DNA from: Geosiphon pyriformis uo1
Taxonomy: Eukaryota; Fungi; Glomeromycota
DNA length: 64,000 nucleotides
Assembly (NCBI GenBank): GCA_016748015.1
Contig: JAAOMT010000352.1
Location: 744,001-808,000 of the forward strand
Reading direction: 5' to 3'
Below the pieces are notes generated by a model. That model worked only from the letters and a program-made list of their open reading frames with translations, was not told the DNA's origin and ran no database searches. The translations under genes and the position numbers were made by a program. This document shows, one piece after another, positions 40,571 through 51,237 of the stretch. The first letter of the stretch is position 1, and each line of letters opens with the position of its first letter.

Positions 40571-41222
40571 CTACACACTTAAAACAACATAAGGGCTACA
40601 ATTCAAACCTGTGAAAAAAGAACAGAGCTGTTAGTGGCCAAAATTAACTGCAAAAGACTCGATAATACCAAGCATTCTTACCATTCTCTCTGACAGTAAA
40701 GACCCAACACAATGTGACAAACCTGAAACCATACTGTCATTATCCATCAAGCCTATTTTCTCCATCTCCACCTTATGTTTACATCTCACCAGCCAAATTT
40801 TAGAGTGATACAACTCAGCCAACCACCTAATAAACCCAACAATTATGCAGAAAGCCTTCTTTTTCTCATCAAAAATATTGATGGCTTTCTCACACCAGTT
40901 TCTAAGCACAAACCCCTTGGACAAAACTGAATACAAGCCAATATCTGAAGAGCACTGACCAAGAGCCTGCAAAACAGCAGAAAAAGCCAGGCTGACAATA
41001 CTCAACAAAAAATTCTAAGATGCAAAAGCTTCAGCCAAAACCTCCTCTCAAACTCCAGCATCTGATGCACAAGTAAAAGCATAATTAGGCATTTCTATCT
41101 CACCACACAATAAACACAACATGCCAGAATACCTCCTATTATACAATCTTTTCCTAACCACAACAGGTAACCATCAGTGCACAGCTTTTATCAGATATGT
41201 ATGCAAACCAGAAGATTTCTGA
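40571..41222 (-). pseudogene. LINE c ORF2 C-terminal part
   Basis: ORF 40631..41008 is homologous to the C-terminus of copy a ORF2; CLLCGEIE motif ~41100. Confidence 0.85.
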
Positions 41223-41414
41223 TGTTACCAGATGAAATTAAAGATATTATTTAGCATAAAATTATCTTATAATTCCTATCATTAATTAGCATTGTTTCAA
41301 ATTATCACTTATTACATTAGCAAAAATGTCCAAAATTATCATTTAATTAATAACCCAAATTGTACACAATACAAATGTAACCTAATTACAATGATCAATC
41401 ATGCAATACCCCGA
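41223..41414 (+). repeat. 5' LTR of element D, first 192 bp (rest displaced by insertion E and the gap)
   Basis: Near-identical to 50263-50454. Confidence 0.9.
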
Positions 41415-42029
41415 TGTTACAGTTTAAGAATTTAGAAAAAAAGAATCATAAAAATAATACAAACTATTCAATCATAATATAGCACAGTAATAATCTTAGA
41501 AAGGTAATGATTAACATAGTAGCAAACACCATCTCGCAATAGTGGCAAGCACCAGTTCACAATAGCAGCCAACACCAACTGGTGATAGCAGCAAACACCA
41601 GGTTGAAATATCAAAAAGAAAGTATTTTCTCATAGAACTACAAATATGTATATATACAGTAGTTTTAATATTGGGAAATAATCAATCAAGTAATAAAAAT
41701 CATAACTTATCAAGCAATAGATCCAATTTTATCCAACAAACTCCACTTTAAATCATACTTTCAAATTAAATATCCCAAGAAACCTTTAAAATCAAAAAGA
41801 AATGAAAAAGAATATTTAGAACTGAACTATCACAACCCAAAGTATTAAGAAACTTACTTGTATTATTTATTGAATGAAACTATCATTCATCAACTGAATC
41901 CCTTGGAAGAATAATCCTTGATCAAGATTATTCACGTTGTTACTAATTGATAAAAGCTTTATTGTGAGAATTAGAAAAGCGCTAAAGACCATTAACATTC
42001 TGTGTTTCTAGATTAGAGAAACACATCAG
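41415..42029 (+). mobile_element. LTR-like sequence of a fifth family (E) inserted in the 5' LTR of D, running into the gap
   Basis: Starts tgttaca exactly where similarity to the D 3' LTR stops; agcaaacacca-type repeats 41519-41602; TATA ~41649; orientation inferred. Confidence 0.65.
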
Positions 42030-42750
42030 NNNNNNNNNNNNNNNNNNNNNNNNNNNNNNNNNNNNNNNNNNNNNNNNNNNNNNNNNNNNNNNNNNNNNNN
42101 NNNNNNNNNNNNNNNNNNNNNNNNNNNNNNNNNNNNNNNNNNNNNNNNNNNNNNNNNNNNNNNNNNNNNNNNNNNNNNNNNNNNNNNNNNNNNNNNNNNN
42201 NNNNNNNNNNNNNNNNNNNNNNNNNNNNNNNNNNNNNNNNNNNNNNNNNNNNNNNNNNNNNNNNNNNNNNNNNNNNNNNNNNNNNNNNNNNNNNNNNNNN
42301 NNNNNNNNNNNNNNNNNNNNNNNNNNNNNNNNNNNNNNNNNNNNNNNNNNNNNNNNNNNNNNNNNNNNNNNNNNNNNNNNNNNNNNNNNNNNNNNNNNNN
42401 NNNNNNNNNNNNNNNNNNNNNNNNNNNNNNNNNNNNNNNNNNNNNNNNNNNNNNNNNNNNNNNNNNNNNNNNNNNNNNNNNNNNNNNNNNNNNNNNNNNN
42501 NNNNNNNNNNNNNNNNNNNNNNNNNNNNNNNNNNNNNNNNNNNNNNNNNNNNNNNNNNNNNNNNNNNNNNNNNNNNNNNNNNNNNNNNNNNNNNNNNNNN
42601 NNNNNNNNNNNNNNNNNNNNNNNNNNNNNNNNNNNNNNNNNNNNNNNNNNNNNNNNNNNNNNNNNNNNNNNNNNNNNNNNNNNNNNNNNNNNNNNNNNNN
42701 NNNNNNNNNNNNNNNNNNNNNNNNNNNNNNNNNNNNNNNNNNNNNNNNNN
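42030..42750. other. Assembly gap (721 N)
   Basis: Run of N; probably under-sized because ~780 bp of LTR D, the PBS and the end of E are missing. Confidence 1.
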
Positions 42751-45700
42751 CAACCTTTACAATAATTTAGCACACTATTCACAGTTGAGAACTGAAGACC
42801 TTAACAGTGAAACACTTGCCACTTACTTTCATGAACTTAATTTTAACATTATCAAATACTGTGAAGAAACATATCCAGTGCAGTCTCAATACACTATTGA
42901 TTTTGAATTGGAAACAGAAACAAGCAACAAAGGCAAAAACAAATTGAAGCAATACTCAAAAACCACCCCAAATACTCCAACACTACCAAAAACAACTGCC
43001 AACCATTTACAAACACCTGAACAAGGAACCAGTTCAAAACTTCCACTTACTATCACATCTTTTCTAGCTTCACTTGCACAAACACAAACATCTAATTCAC
43101 CCTTGAATTGATTTGCAAGACCAGAAGATTTTACATCACTCAGAAGTCCCACCAGACAACAAAAACCCCTTCAAACTAGTTCCAATCTCCTTGATTTTCT
43201 AGCTGAAAATCAAAGTGAACACTCTGAGACAGCAGCAAACGAAGAAAACAACTCTGAAATAACTGAAGAAGAATCAATAGACAGTGAAAACAAAGAAGAT
43301 GAAATGACAACATACATCGCAAAAATTCCTGAATTCAATGGAGAAGATATTGAGACCAGTCCCCAAGAATGGCTTGACCAAGTTATTAAAGCTGGAGATG
43401 CAAATGGATAGAATGCTGCCAGAATATTAAGAACAATTCTTTACTTTCTCAAAGGAACAGCAGGAGAATGGTTTGAAAACTTGGCTGCTCCATTCAATGA
43501 TTGGAATGCTTTCAAAGTAGCCTTTCTTGAACAGTTCACTGACAATAATACTTCCATTATCCTTTGTAATCATTTTTGAAATATCAAACAAGAACCCTCT
43601 GAATCTGTTATGACTTATATTGGAAAATTCAACAAACTTCTCAGACAAATTTGCCAATTCGAAACAAACAATTATTATTCCAATGCTCAAATCTTGGATC
43701 AATTTATCACTGATCTAAAAGATAAACTAATTAAAAAGGTTCGTCCACATGCACCAGAAGATTTAAACTCTGCCATACAGCATGCGAAAAGATATGAAAT
43801 GGCCATAGAAGAGACCAATTGCACAAAACTTGTAAATTTGACAATTGGAGAAACCAGCTCAGCAGCTGAGAAAAAAATTGACCAACTCACAAAAAAGGTT
43901 GAAAACTATTTCACCAATCAATAACAACAGCAACTCCAAAGATATCAACCACCCCAAAGACAAAATCAAAATAATTTTGCACCACTTTCCAATAACCAGT
44001 CTCAAAATTGCCATTACTGTGGAATCTCTGGCCACTGGAAAAGAGATTGCAGAAAGCTACAACGAAGCCAACAAAATAGGAGTAATTAACATTACCCTCT
44101 ACCACAGCAATCTTATTATCAACCGCTACCACCAGCTTACTATTCACCAAGACCCCAATACCAAAATAACTATTATCAGCCCACTCCACAGCCAATCCAA
44201 CAGCAATACCAGCAACTGCTCACACAACATTATCAAGTATCTGCTTGAAGACTGCTTACACAGAATCAATTTACACCACAAAACCGATACCAAGTAAACA
44301 ACAATAGAATCAGTTCAAATAACCAATTGGTTTCTCGAAATTCCACTCAACCAAGACCCAACCACTACCACACTCAACCCAGTTATTTAACAATGCTAGA
44401 AGAACAGGATTTTCATCATACTGCACCCTCGGAAGGTAGAGCTGCAGCACAACAACAAAACTCTTCCTATACTCTTATCACAATCCCACCAGCCAGAATC
44501 ACTGAAAATGCTAATCTTTCAGATATATTCCCTTTTGAGTTCGAAGCAAATGAGTCACCATTTCTGCTTAGCAATACAGCTGCCAATGAACAAAAAGCAA
44601 TTACAGCTATGTACACTGAAGCAGAAGTCGAAGGAAAAACAATTTGCTTGATCCTAGACAGTGGATCTGCCGGAAGCATTATCACCTACCAGTTAATGCA
44701 ACAGTTGAAGAGAAATGTTGACTGACCAGCTCAAACAGTAATCGTCATTGCTGATGGCATGAAAAAGACTCCAGTAAGAGAAATTGACAATTTTCTATTC
44801 ACTCTTGATGGAATCACCATTCCAGTTAAAGTTCTTGTAATGGATGCACCTCAGTACCAAGCTCTCGTCAGAAATGATTGGCTTCAAAAAGCCAATGCTA
44901 ATCTGAATTAGAAAACACAAGAGTTAACAATCTCCTACCAAAAACAACACGCCCAAGTACCTGCCACTTGTGGTACATTCAACAAATGCTCTGAAAAAGC
45001 CCCAGCTTTTGAATTTGAACCGGAAGAGAAAAAACCCCTCATTGAAACATTCATGGCTCTTGGATTAACGTCCAACTGGGCTGATGAAACAGAACAAGAA
45101 CATTTTACTCCACACTCTGAACCCGAAACCTCTGGATGGAATATCCCTTACTCAAAACCTGAACCAAGAAAACAATGCCCCTATATTCCCCTTAAATGTA
45201 AGGACTGCCACAAGAAACTATTGTCAATGGGAGTCTGCATTTCACTTGAAGAAGAATATGAAAATCATACTTGTTATTACTGCAAAGCTTGTCACAGAAA
45301 ATGATGGGGCCATCTAATAAAAAAGAGCGGAAAATGGGACAACACTCCTTGTTTGACTTGTGAAGATATGCTACTGGAAGAATGCAATTAGATTGATGTA
45401 GTCATGAGAGGAGGAGTCTGCGATCAGACCTGCCAATATGCTTTATCAATTTCAGAAAAAGTAAAAAGAGGAACACCCTTTAATGCGGCATACAACAGTG
45501 CTCTCAACAAACTTTATCACTACCCCCATAATGCTGAGATGATTTTCGACCTAGCAATAGCATTAATTAATAGAGCTACCAAAGAAGATGTTCATCAAAT
45601 GAAGGAAGCAGAATACATTAAATACACCATAGAATTAGCTGGATTCGATTACGAAGACAAAGTAGAAGTCTACCACCAAATTGCAAGTCACACCTATCCA

Positions 45701-45919
45701 ACTCAAGAAGCTCAAATTCAATGATTAGAGCAAATGAACATTAGACTATGTGAAGAATGCATTATGCCTTGCAATGAACAGTGGTGTCCTGAATGCTATG
45801 CTCTTAGTATCCCCTTGCCCAATGAAAATGATGAGAATGAAATTGAATTTGGAGAACCTGAAGCAACAGAAGAAATTGAAACAACACCTATCTATCTTAT
45901 CAAAAATCAGCCTGCCTTA

Positions 45920-46350
45920 CAACTTAAATACTTCAACAACAATAGACAAGGAATAAAACCCGAAAAAGCACACAAAATTAATGCTGGATATGACCTAAGA
46001 TATCCAGACAAGGATACTCTTGTTCTCAAACCCAAATCTCTCACAAAAATCAACCTCAAAATTGCATTCGAAATCCCGCCAGGAGCAATGGTTCAAATTA
46101 CCTCCTGGTCCTTTCTGGCAAGCAAAGGAATCAATGTCAGAGGAGGAATAATCGATGCTGGATATACTGGAGACATTACAGTGATGCTTCAAAATGAAAC
46201 TGACAAACCATTCAAGATCGAACATGTTGAAAAAATTGCCCAAGCTATTTACCTACTCTTAATCAACATTTTGGGTTTGCAACTAGTCAATCAAAGAGAA
46301 CAATTAGAAAAAAGCGATAGAGAAACCCAAGGTTTTGGTTCAACTGGACA
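45920..46350 (+). pseudogene. dUTPase domain in element D
   Basis: AGYDL, ITSWS (decayed SRS), GGIIDAGYTG, KIAQAI, RETQGFGSTG. Confidence 0.93.
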
Positions 46351-46714
46351 ATTTACAGTTCCAGTTAACATAGCTCTTAACACACAGAATGAATTTTACC
46401 AGATTCTCAGACTTTCACAACCAATTACCATCTCACTCTTTGGAGAACATCCAGAAATCTACACTTGCCCAAAGCCAACAACCACACAACAAATTTTTGA
46501 GTCCAATGAACAAGTCTGCTTGGAACATAATATTTTGATCCCAAACATTTATATTCCAGAAGGAACAAAGAAAGTCTGAGTTACTTTTTACAACCCCAAT
46601 AATTACCCCATAATTTTATTAAATAATTTAGAAATTGGAGTTATTCACAGTAATATATTTCAACAAGAATTACCCCAAACAGTTTCCGATTTCTCTGAAA
46701 TTATTGGACATTCA

Positions 46715-46743
46715 NNNNNNNNNNNNNNNNNNNNNNNNNNNNN
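46715..46743. other. Assembly gap (29 N)
   Basis: Run of N; comparison with elements A and B suggests roughly 200 bp are missing. Confidence 1.
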
Positions 46744-48066
46744 NCAAACCAAGAAGACAACAAGCATATCGAGTTGTTCTAAAAAGCCACCAATTCATCC
46801 AAGAAGAAGTACAACGAATGCTTAACAATGGGCTCATCCAACCCTTCATGAGTCCTTGGGCTTCATCTGTAGTGCTAGTTAAAAAGAAAAATAGAAAGAT
46901 CCGATTTTGTGTTGACTATCGACAACTCAACAGTGTTACAATTGGAGACGCCTACCCCCTTCCCTGGATTGATGACATGTTAGATGCCCTTGGAAAATCC
47001 AAATACTTTTCAACACTAGATTTAGAAAGTGGTTACTGACAAGTTGCTATGGATCCCAAAGATTGCCCCAAAACAGCATTCACCACCCAAGGCGGAAATT
47101 ACGAGTTCAATGTAATGCCTTTTGGATTATGCAATGCACCAGCAACGTTTCAGAGATTAATGGATGTTGTGTACCAAGGACTTTTTTGGAAATCAGTAGT
47201 CATTTATCTTGACAATACTGATGTTTATTCTCCATCATTTGAATTACACTTAAAACACCTGCGAGAAGTTTTTTAATGATTACAAAAAGCAGGACTAAAA
47301 CTCAATATCAAAAAATGCTACTTTGAAAAAACAAGCCTGGCCTTCTTTGGTCATATCGTTAGTAAAGATAGAATTAAACCAGATCCTGGAAAAATCAGCG
47401 TTGTCAAAAACTTCAAAACTCCTCGAAACACTACAGAATTAAGAGGATTCATAGGATTAGCATCCTACTATCAGAAGTTTATCAAAGGATTTTCAGAAAT
47501 TGCAAAACCCCTCAACCAGCTTACCACCAAAAACATTGAATACAAATGGACTACCGAACACCAAAAAGCTTTTAAAATTCTCAAGAAAAAACTGACAACA
47601 GCTCCAATTCTCACCTACCTGGATTTCAGCAACCGATTTCAACTAGCTACAGATGCTTTATATACTGCCTTTGGTGCTATCTTATCACAACTAGACAACA
47701 ACGGAAATGAGCAAGTAATTGCTTATGCTAGCAGAACATTAAAACCAGCTGAGAAAAACTACTCTGCCACAGAACTAGAAACAGCAGCCGTAATTTGGGC
47801 TCTATACTACTTCAACCTTTATCTTAGGCCTAAAGAATTTGATATTATCACTGATAATATTAGACTCAAATGGCTTCAGAACAAAAATACTCAGCTAAAT
47901 GCAAAACAAATCTGATGGACAGAATTTCTAGCAAACTATCAATACATAGTACATCACAAACCAGGAAAACTCCACACCAATGTTAACTGTCTCTCCAGAA
48001 TGAGACAAGATTAGAAAAACACAAAAACCAACACTCAACTTAACCAACCAAAAGAGCCAACAAACA

Positions 48067-49452
48067 ATGAATTCGAAAAACTACAATGATCTCAAACAAT
48101 ATTTGGAAACATTAACAATCCCAACAGATTGGTCTCCAGATGAAAAACATTGACTACAATAACAAGCCAAATAATATTTTCTATACAACAATATTATTTA
48201 TTACCAAAATTTCAAAAACCCAGACAAACCACTTAGATTAATACAAGAACAGAAAAAAGAGACTATATTATACAACATGCACTCAGATTTTTCATCAGTC
48301 TACTTCGGAAAAGACAGCACCACCCAAAGAACACTAGAATACTACTTTTGGCCTCGAATGAGAAAAGACATTCATGAATATATCAAATTTTGTGATAGTT
48401 GTCAAAGAAGAGGAGGAACTTGCCCTACAGAACTTTTAAACCCAATCAAAGTTGGACAGCCTTTTGACAGAGTTGGTATTGATTTAGTCGGACCACTACC
48501 TATCACAAACCAAGGAAACCGCTATATTGCAGTAGCCATAGACTATCTCACCAAATGGCCTGAAGCCAGAGCCATTTAACGGGCAGATGTAAAATCAGTA
48601 GCAAACTTCATCTACGAAGACATTATTTGTAGACATGGATGCCCAATAGAACTTTTATCTGATCAAGGAACATATTTCGTGAACAATTTAATCCAGGAAA
48701 TTTGTGAACAATTTAATGTCAAGAGACCATTATCTTCACCCTACCATCTACAAACAAATGGACTGGTAGAATGGTTCAACAGAACATTGTGTGAATCATT
48801 AGCCAAAGTTTCAACCAATTTTGAGCAAGAATGGGATCTCTTTATTCCATCAGTGTTACTAACATATAGGATACTAAAACAAGATACCACAAAACACACA
48901 CCATTTGATTTAACTTACGGAAGGATGGCAACGTTACCAATTAGTTTCACAGTGGAAACATACCCAGCACAACCAATCGATGAAAACAATTTTCAAGAAA
49001 TGCTTCAACGAAGAACCTACACTTTGCTTAGCACATTGGAAGGAAAACAACGAATAGCAGCCACCCATATTGAACACTCCCAAGCTCAACAAAAAGAACG
49101 GCATGATGACAAATTGCCTCCAGTCACCAATGAATTTAAAATTAGAAACAAAGTTCTCTTACACAGAACTAAAGCCGAAAAACAATGGAGTGGAAAATTT
49201 GAAAATAAATGGGATGGACCATTCTTTATCCATGAAGTTTTAGGCAATAGATCATACAAGCTAAGACTTGATGACAAAATTCTAGCAAAAGTTGCACATG
49301 GAGATCGTTTAAAACACTATAATTCCAGAAACAATCCTGAACCATTAATTCCACAAATTGGTACACATTTCCCTTTAATCAATCCTGAAGACATTCCCTG
49401 AAATTTAGAACCAATAGTTGTCATTGAACAGCCTTACAACTTGAACACTTAA
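48067..49452 (+). pseudogene. Integrase of element D (separate ORF)
   Basis: Starts MNSKNYNDLKQYL; ORFs 48277..48579 and 48679..49401 in the same frame; GIDLVGPLP, TNGLVE, KWDGPF. Confidence 0.93.
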
Positions 49453-49574
49453 TTTAAATTTATTATTATAGTTATCTTCTTATAATTTAGAAACAATCTC
49501 ACAAAAACAAAACAAAAAATAACATAAAAACCCATGCACCAAAAATAATTTTCTTTTATTTCAAATCGCTTATA

Positions 49575-50251
49575 ATGACTATTCCTTAAAACATTTAACA
49601 ATTATCCCAAAAACTAATATTAGCTTTAAAAACAATATCCGAATTATCCATTACTGTTACTGGAAACCACATTAATTATACCCAAACAGAAGTAGTTACA
49701 AATTTAGCCCCAAATTCATAAAAATATCACCCGTATAAGAAGAACACAAGAAGTTATACTGGAATTCACCTGCCAGAACTTTTAAAACTTGCTTTAAGAG
49801 AAAATTTAATGCTCATTCCGATTAGTATTTTACCAAATACTACAATTCAACAAAGACTTCAACTGTGTTTCAATGAGGAAAACACTGAATATCCTCCAAT
49901 CTATAGATATTTTCACATTGGAAAAACACTCTACAAATGAAAACTGGAACTTATAACAGCAAACCTCGCAAAAGAAGCTATTCAGAAACAACTCCACAAT
50001 GAATTCAAGACAACAGCTGAATCAACAAACAGTCGCTACAGGCTCAGAGCTGCTCTTAGACTTTATGACCTATTCCACACCTGTGAAAATGTACTACAAA
50101 ACCCAATTTTTCAACCTTTAAAGATACAATACATTGGAAAGCTCACAGAACTGAAATTTCAACAATTTTCAGACCAAATTTCTTCAATAATTTTGGATTA
50201 TTATCTGGAAATAACAAACAGTACTTGGACTTCAATGGAGCTCAGTCTTAA
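49575..50251 (+). pseudogene. ORF3 of element D (unknown protein, ~225 aa)
   Basis: QLSQKLILALKTISELSITV...YPPIYRYFHIGKTLY...RAALRLYDLFHTCENVL...IQYIGKLTELKFQQF; few stops; homologous to A and B. Confidence 0.75.
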
Positions 50252-50262
50252 GGAGGAGGTTA
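50250..50262 (+). other. Polypurine tract of element D
   Basis: aaggaggaggtta before tgttacc. Confidence 0.85.
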
Positions 50263-51237
50263 TGTTACCAGACAAAATTAGAGATATTATTTAGCATAAA
50301 ATTATCTTATAATTCTTATCATTAATTAGCATTGTTTCAAATTATCACTTATTACATTAGCAAAAATGTTCAAAATTATCATTTAATTAATAATCCAAAT
50401 TGTACACAACACAAATATAACCTAATTGCGATGATCAATCATGCAATATCCCGAACTATGTAACATTCAAAAGTTCACCGAAATTTATAGAAATTCACCG
50501 AAATAATTGATAGTTCACCGAAATATCTAATAGTTCACAGAAATAACTTGTAGTTCGCCGAAATGTATCTTTAGTTCAGCGAAATTGTAGAAAATAGTAA
50601 AGTTAAAGTTCATAGAATAGTGTTACAACAAGTTATATAAAAGAAGAGCTTTTCTCTTCGAGAAAATGTATCTTACTTTAGATTTTAACAATTAGAATTA
50701 TCTTTTACACACAAAAACGAAATAAATATCAAATAATTTGAAAAATCAAATCCTAAATTATTTCACTTTTGAAATTAACTAATTCCTACAAAACAGTTTG
50801 AAATTGATTAGCTACCAATTTCAGTAAACTGTTAGTGACTCCAGGCCTGGATAAAAAATGTTTCCCTTGACAGAAATTTTATTTCTTTTACATTTCTTTT
50901 ATTTTTCTTTTATTTTCTTATTACAATTATTAGAGTAGCCTACAGATGAGATTCCTGTAGAAGAGTTGACTTTCACAGCAAAGTAACTACACATTTTTAG
51001 TGAGCTTCCAGACAAGCAATTCTTGGGAAAGAGTTGATATTTACTACAATGTAACTACATAAAAACAACTGGCAAAGAATTGGCCATTCCATTCATAAGT
51101 CCAGCAGCTCAAATTATAGGAGATAATTTGAGGATAAATTCAGTTATCGGAGGTTTAAACACTTCCCATAATCATAAATTAACAGCATTACAACAAACAT
51201 ACAAGAGCTAAAAAGAGACCAAAAACCTCCAGTAACA
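50263..51237 (+). repeat. 3' LTR of element D (975 bp) with AGTTCACCGAAAT array and TATA
   Basis: About 6-7 repeats at ~21-bp period 50469-50618; TATATAAA ~50634. Confidence 0.92.

Larger units (their letters stand above)
42751..48014 (+). pseudogene. gag-PR-Cys-rich-dUTPase-RT-RNaseH polyprotein of element D
   Basis: ORFs 42785, 43610, 44327, 45053, 45404 and 45734 share one frame; CHYCGISGHWKRDC; LILDSGSAGSII; RT 46745-47300; TDA..FGAILSQ; ends LSRMRQD*. Confidence 0.93.
41223..51237 (+). mobile_element. Ty3/Gypsy-type LTR retrotransposon D with dUTPase, TSD CTGA
   Basis: tgttacc 41223 ... gtaaca 51237 flanked by ctga/ctga; 41223-41414 matches 50263-50454; PPT 50250-50262. Confidence 0.95.

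Noticed and set aside
42001-42025. 9-bp hairpin tgtgtttct...agaaacaca
   Set aside because: Single occurrence at a contig edge; no support for function.
41982-42782. Long ORFs 41982..42782 and 42013..42753
   Set aside because: Artefacts of the N gap.
47200-47225. YLDN instead of YLDD in RT of B and D (YLNN in A) as a natural variant
   Set aside because: Explained by G>A at the CpG in GAC-GAY; element C retains YLDD.
49200-49452. Chromodomain at the integrase C-terminus
   Set aside because: Only GPY/F followed by a short P-x-[DN]LEPI tail; no chromodomain pattern seen.
49575-50251. ORF3 as an envelope protein
   Set aside because: Too short, with no evident signal peptide or transmembrane segment.
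50469-50618. CRISPR-like repeat-spacer pattern (AGTTCACCGAAAT)
   Set aside because: Repeats are ~13 bp with ~8-bp spacers, lie inside an LTR, and there are no cas genes; eukaryotic context.
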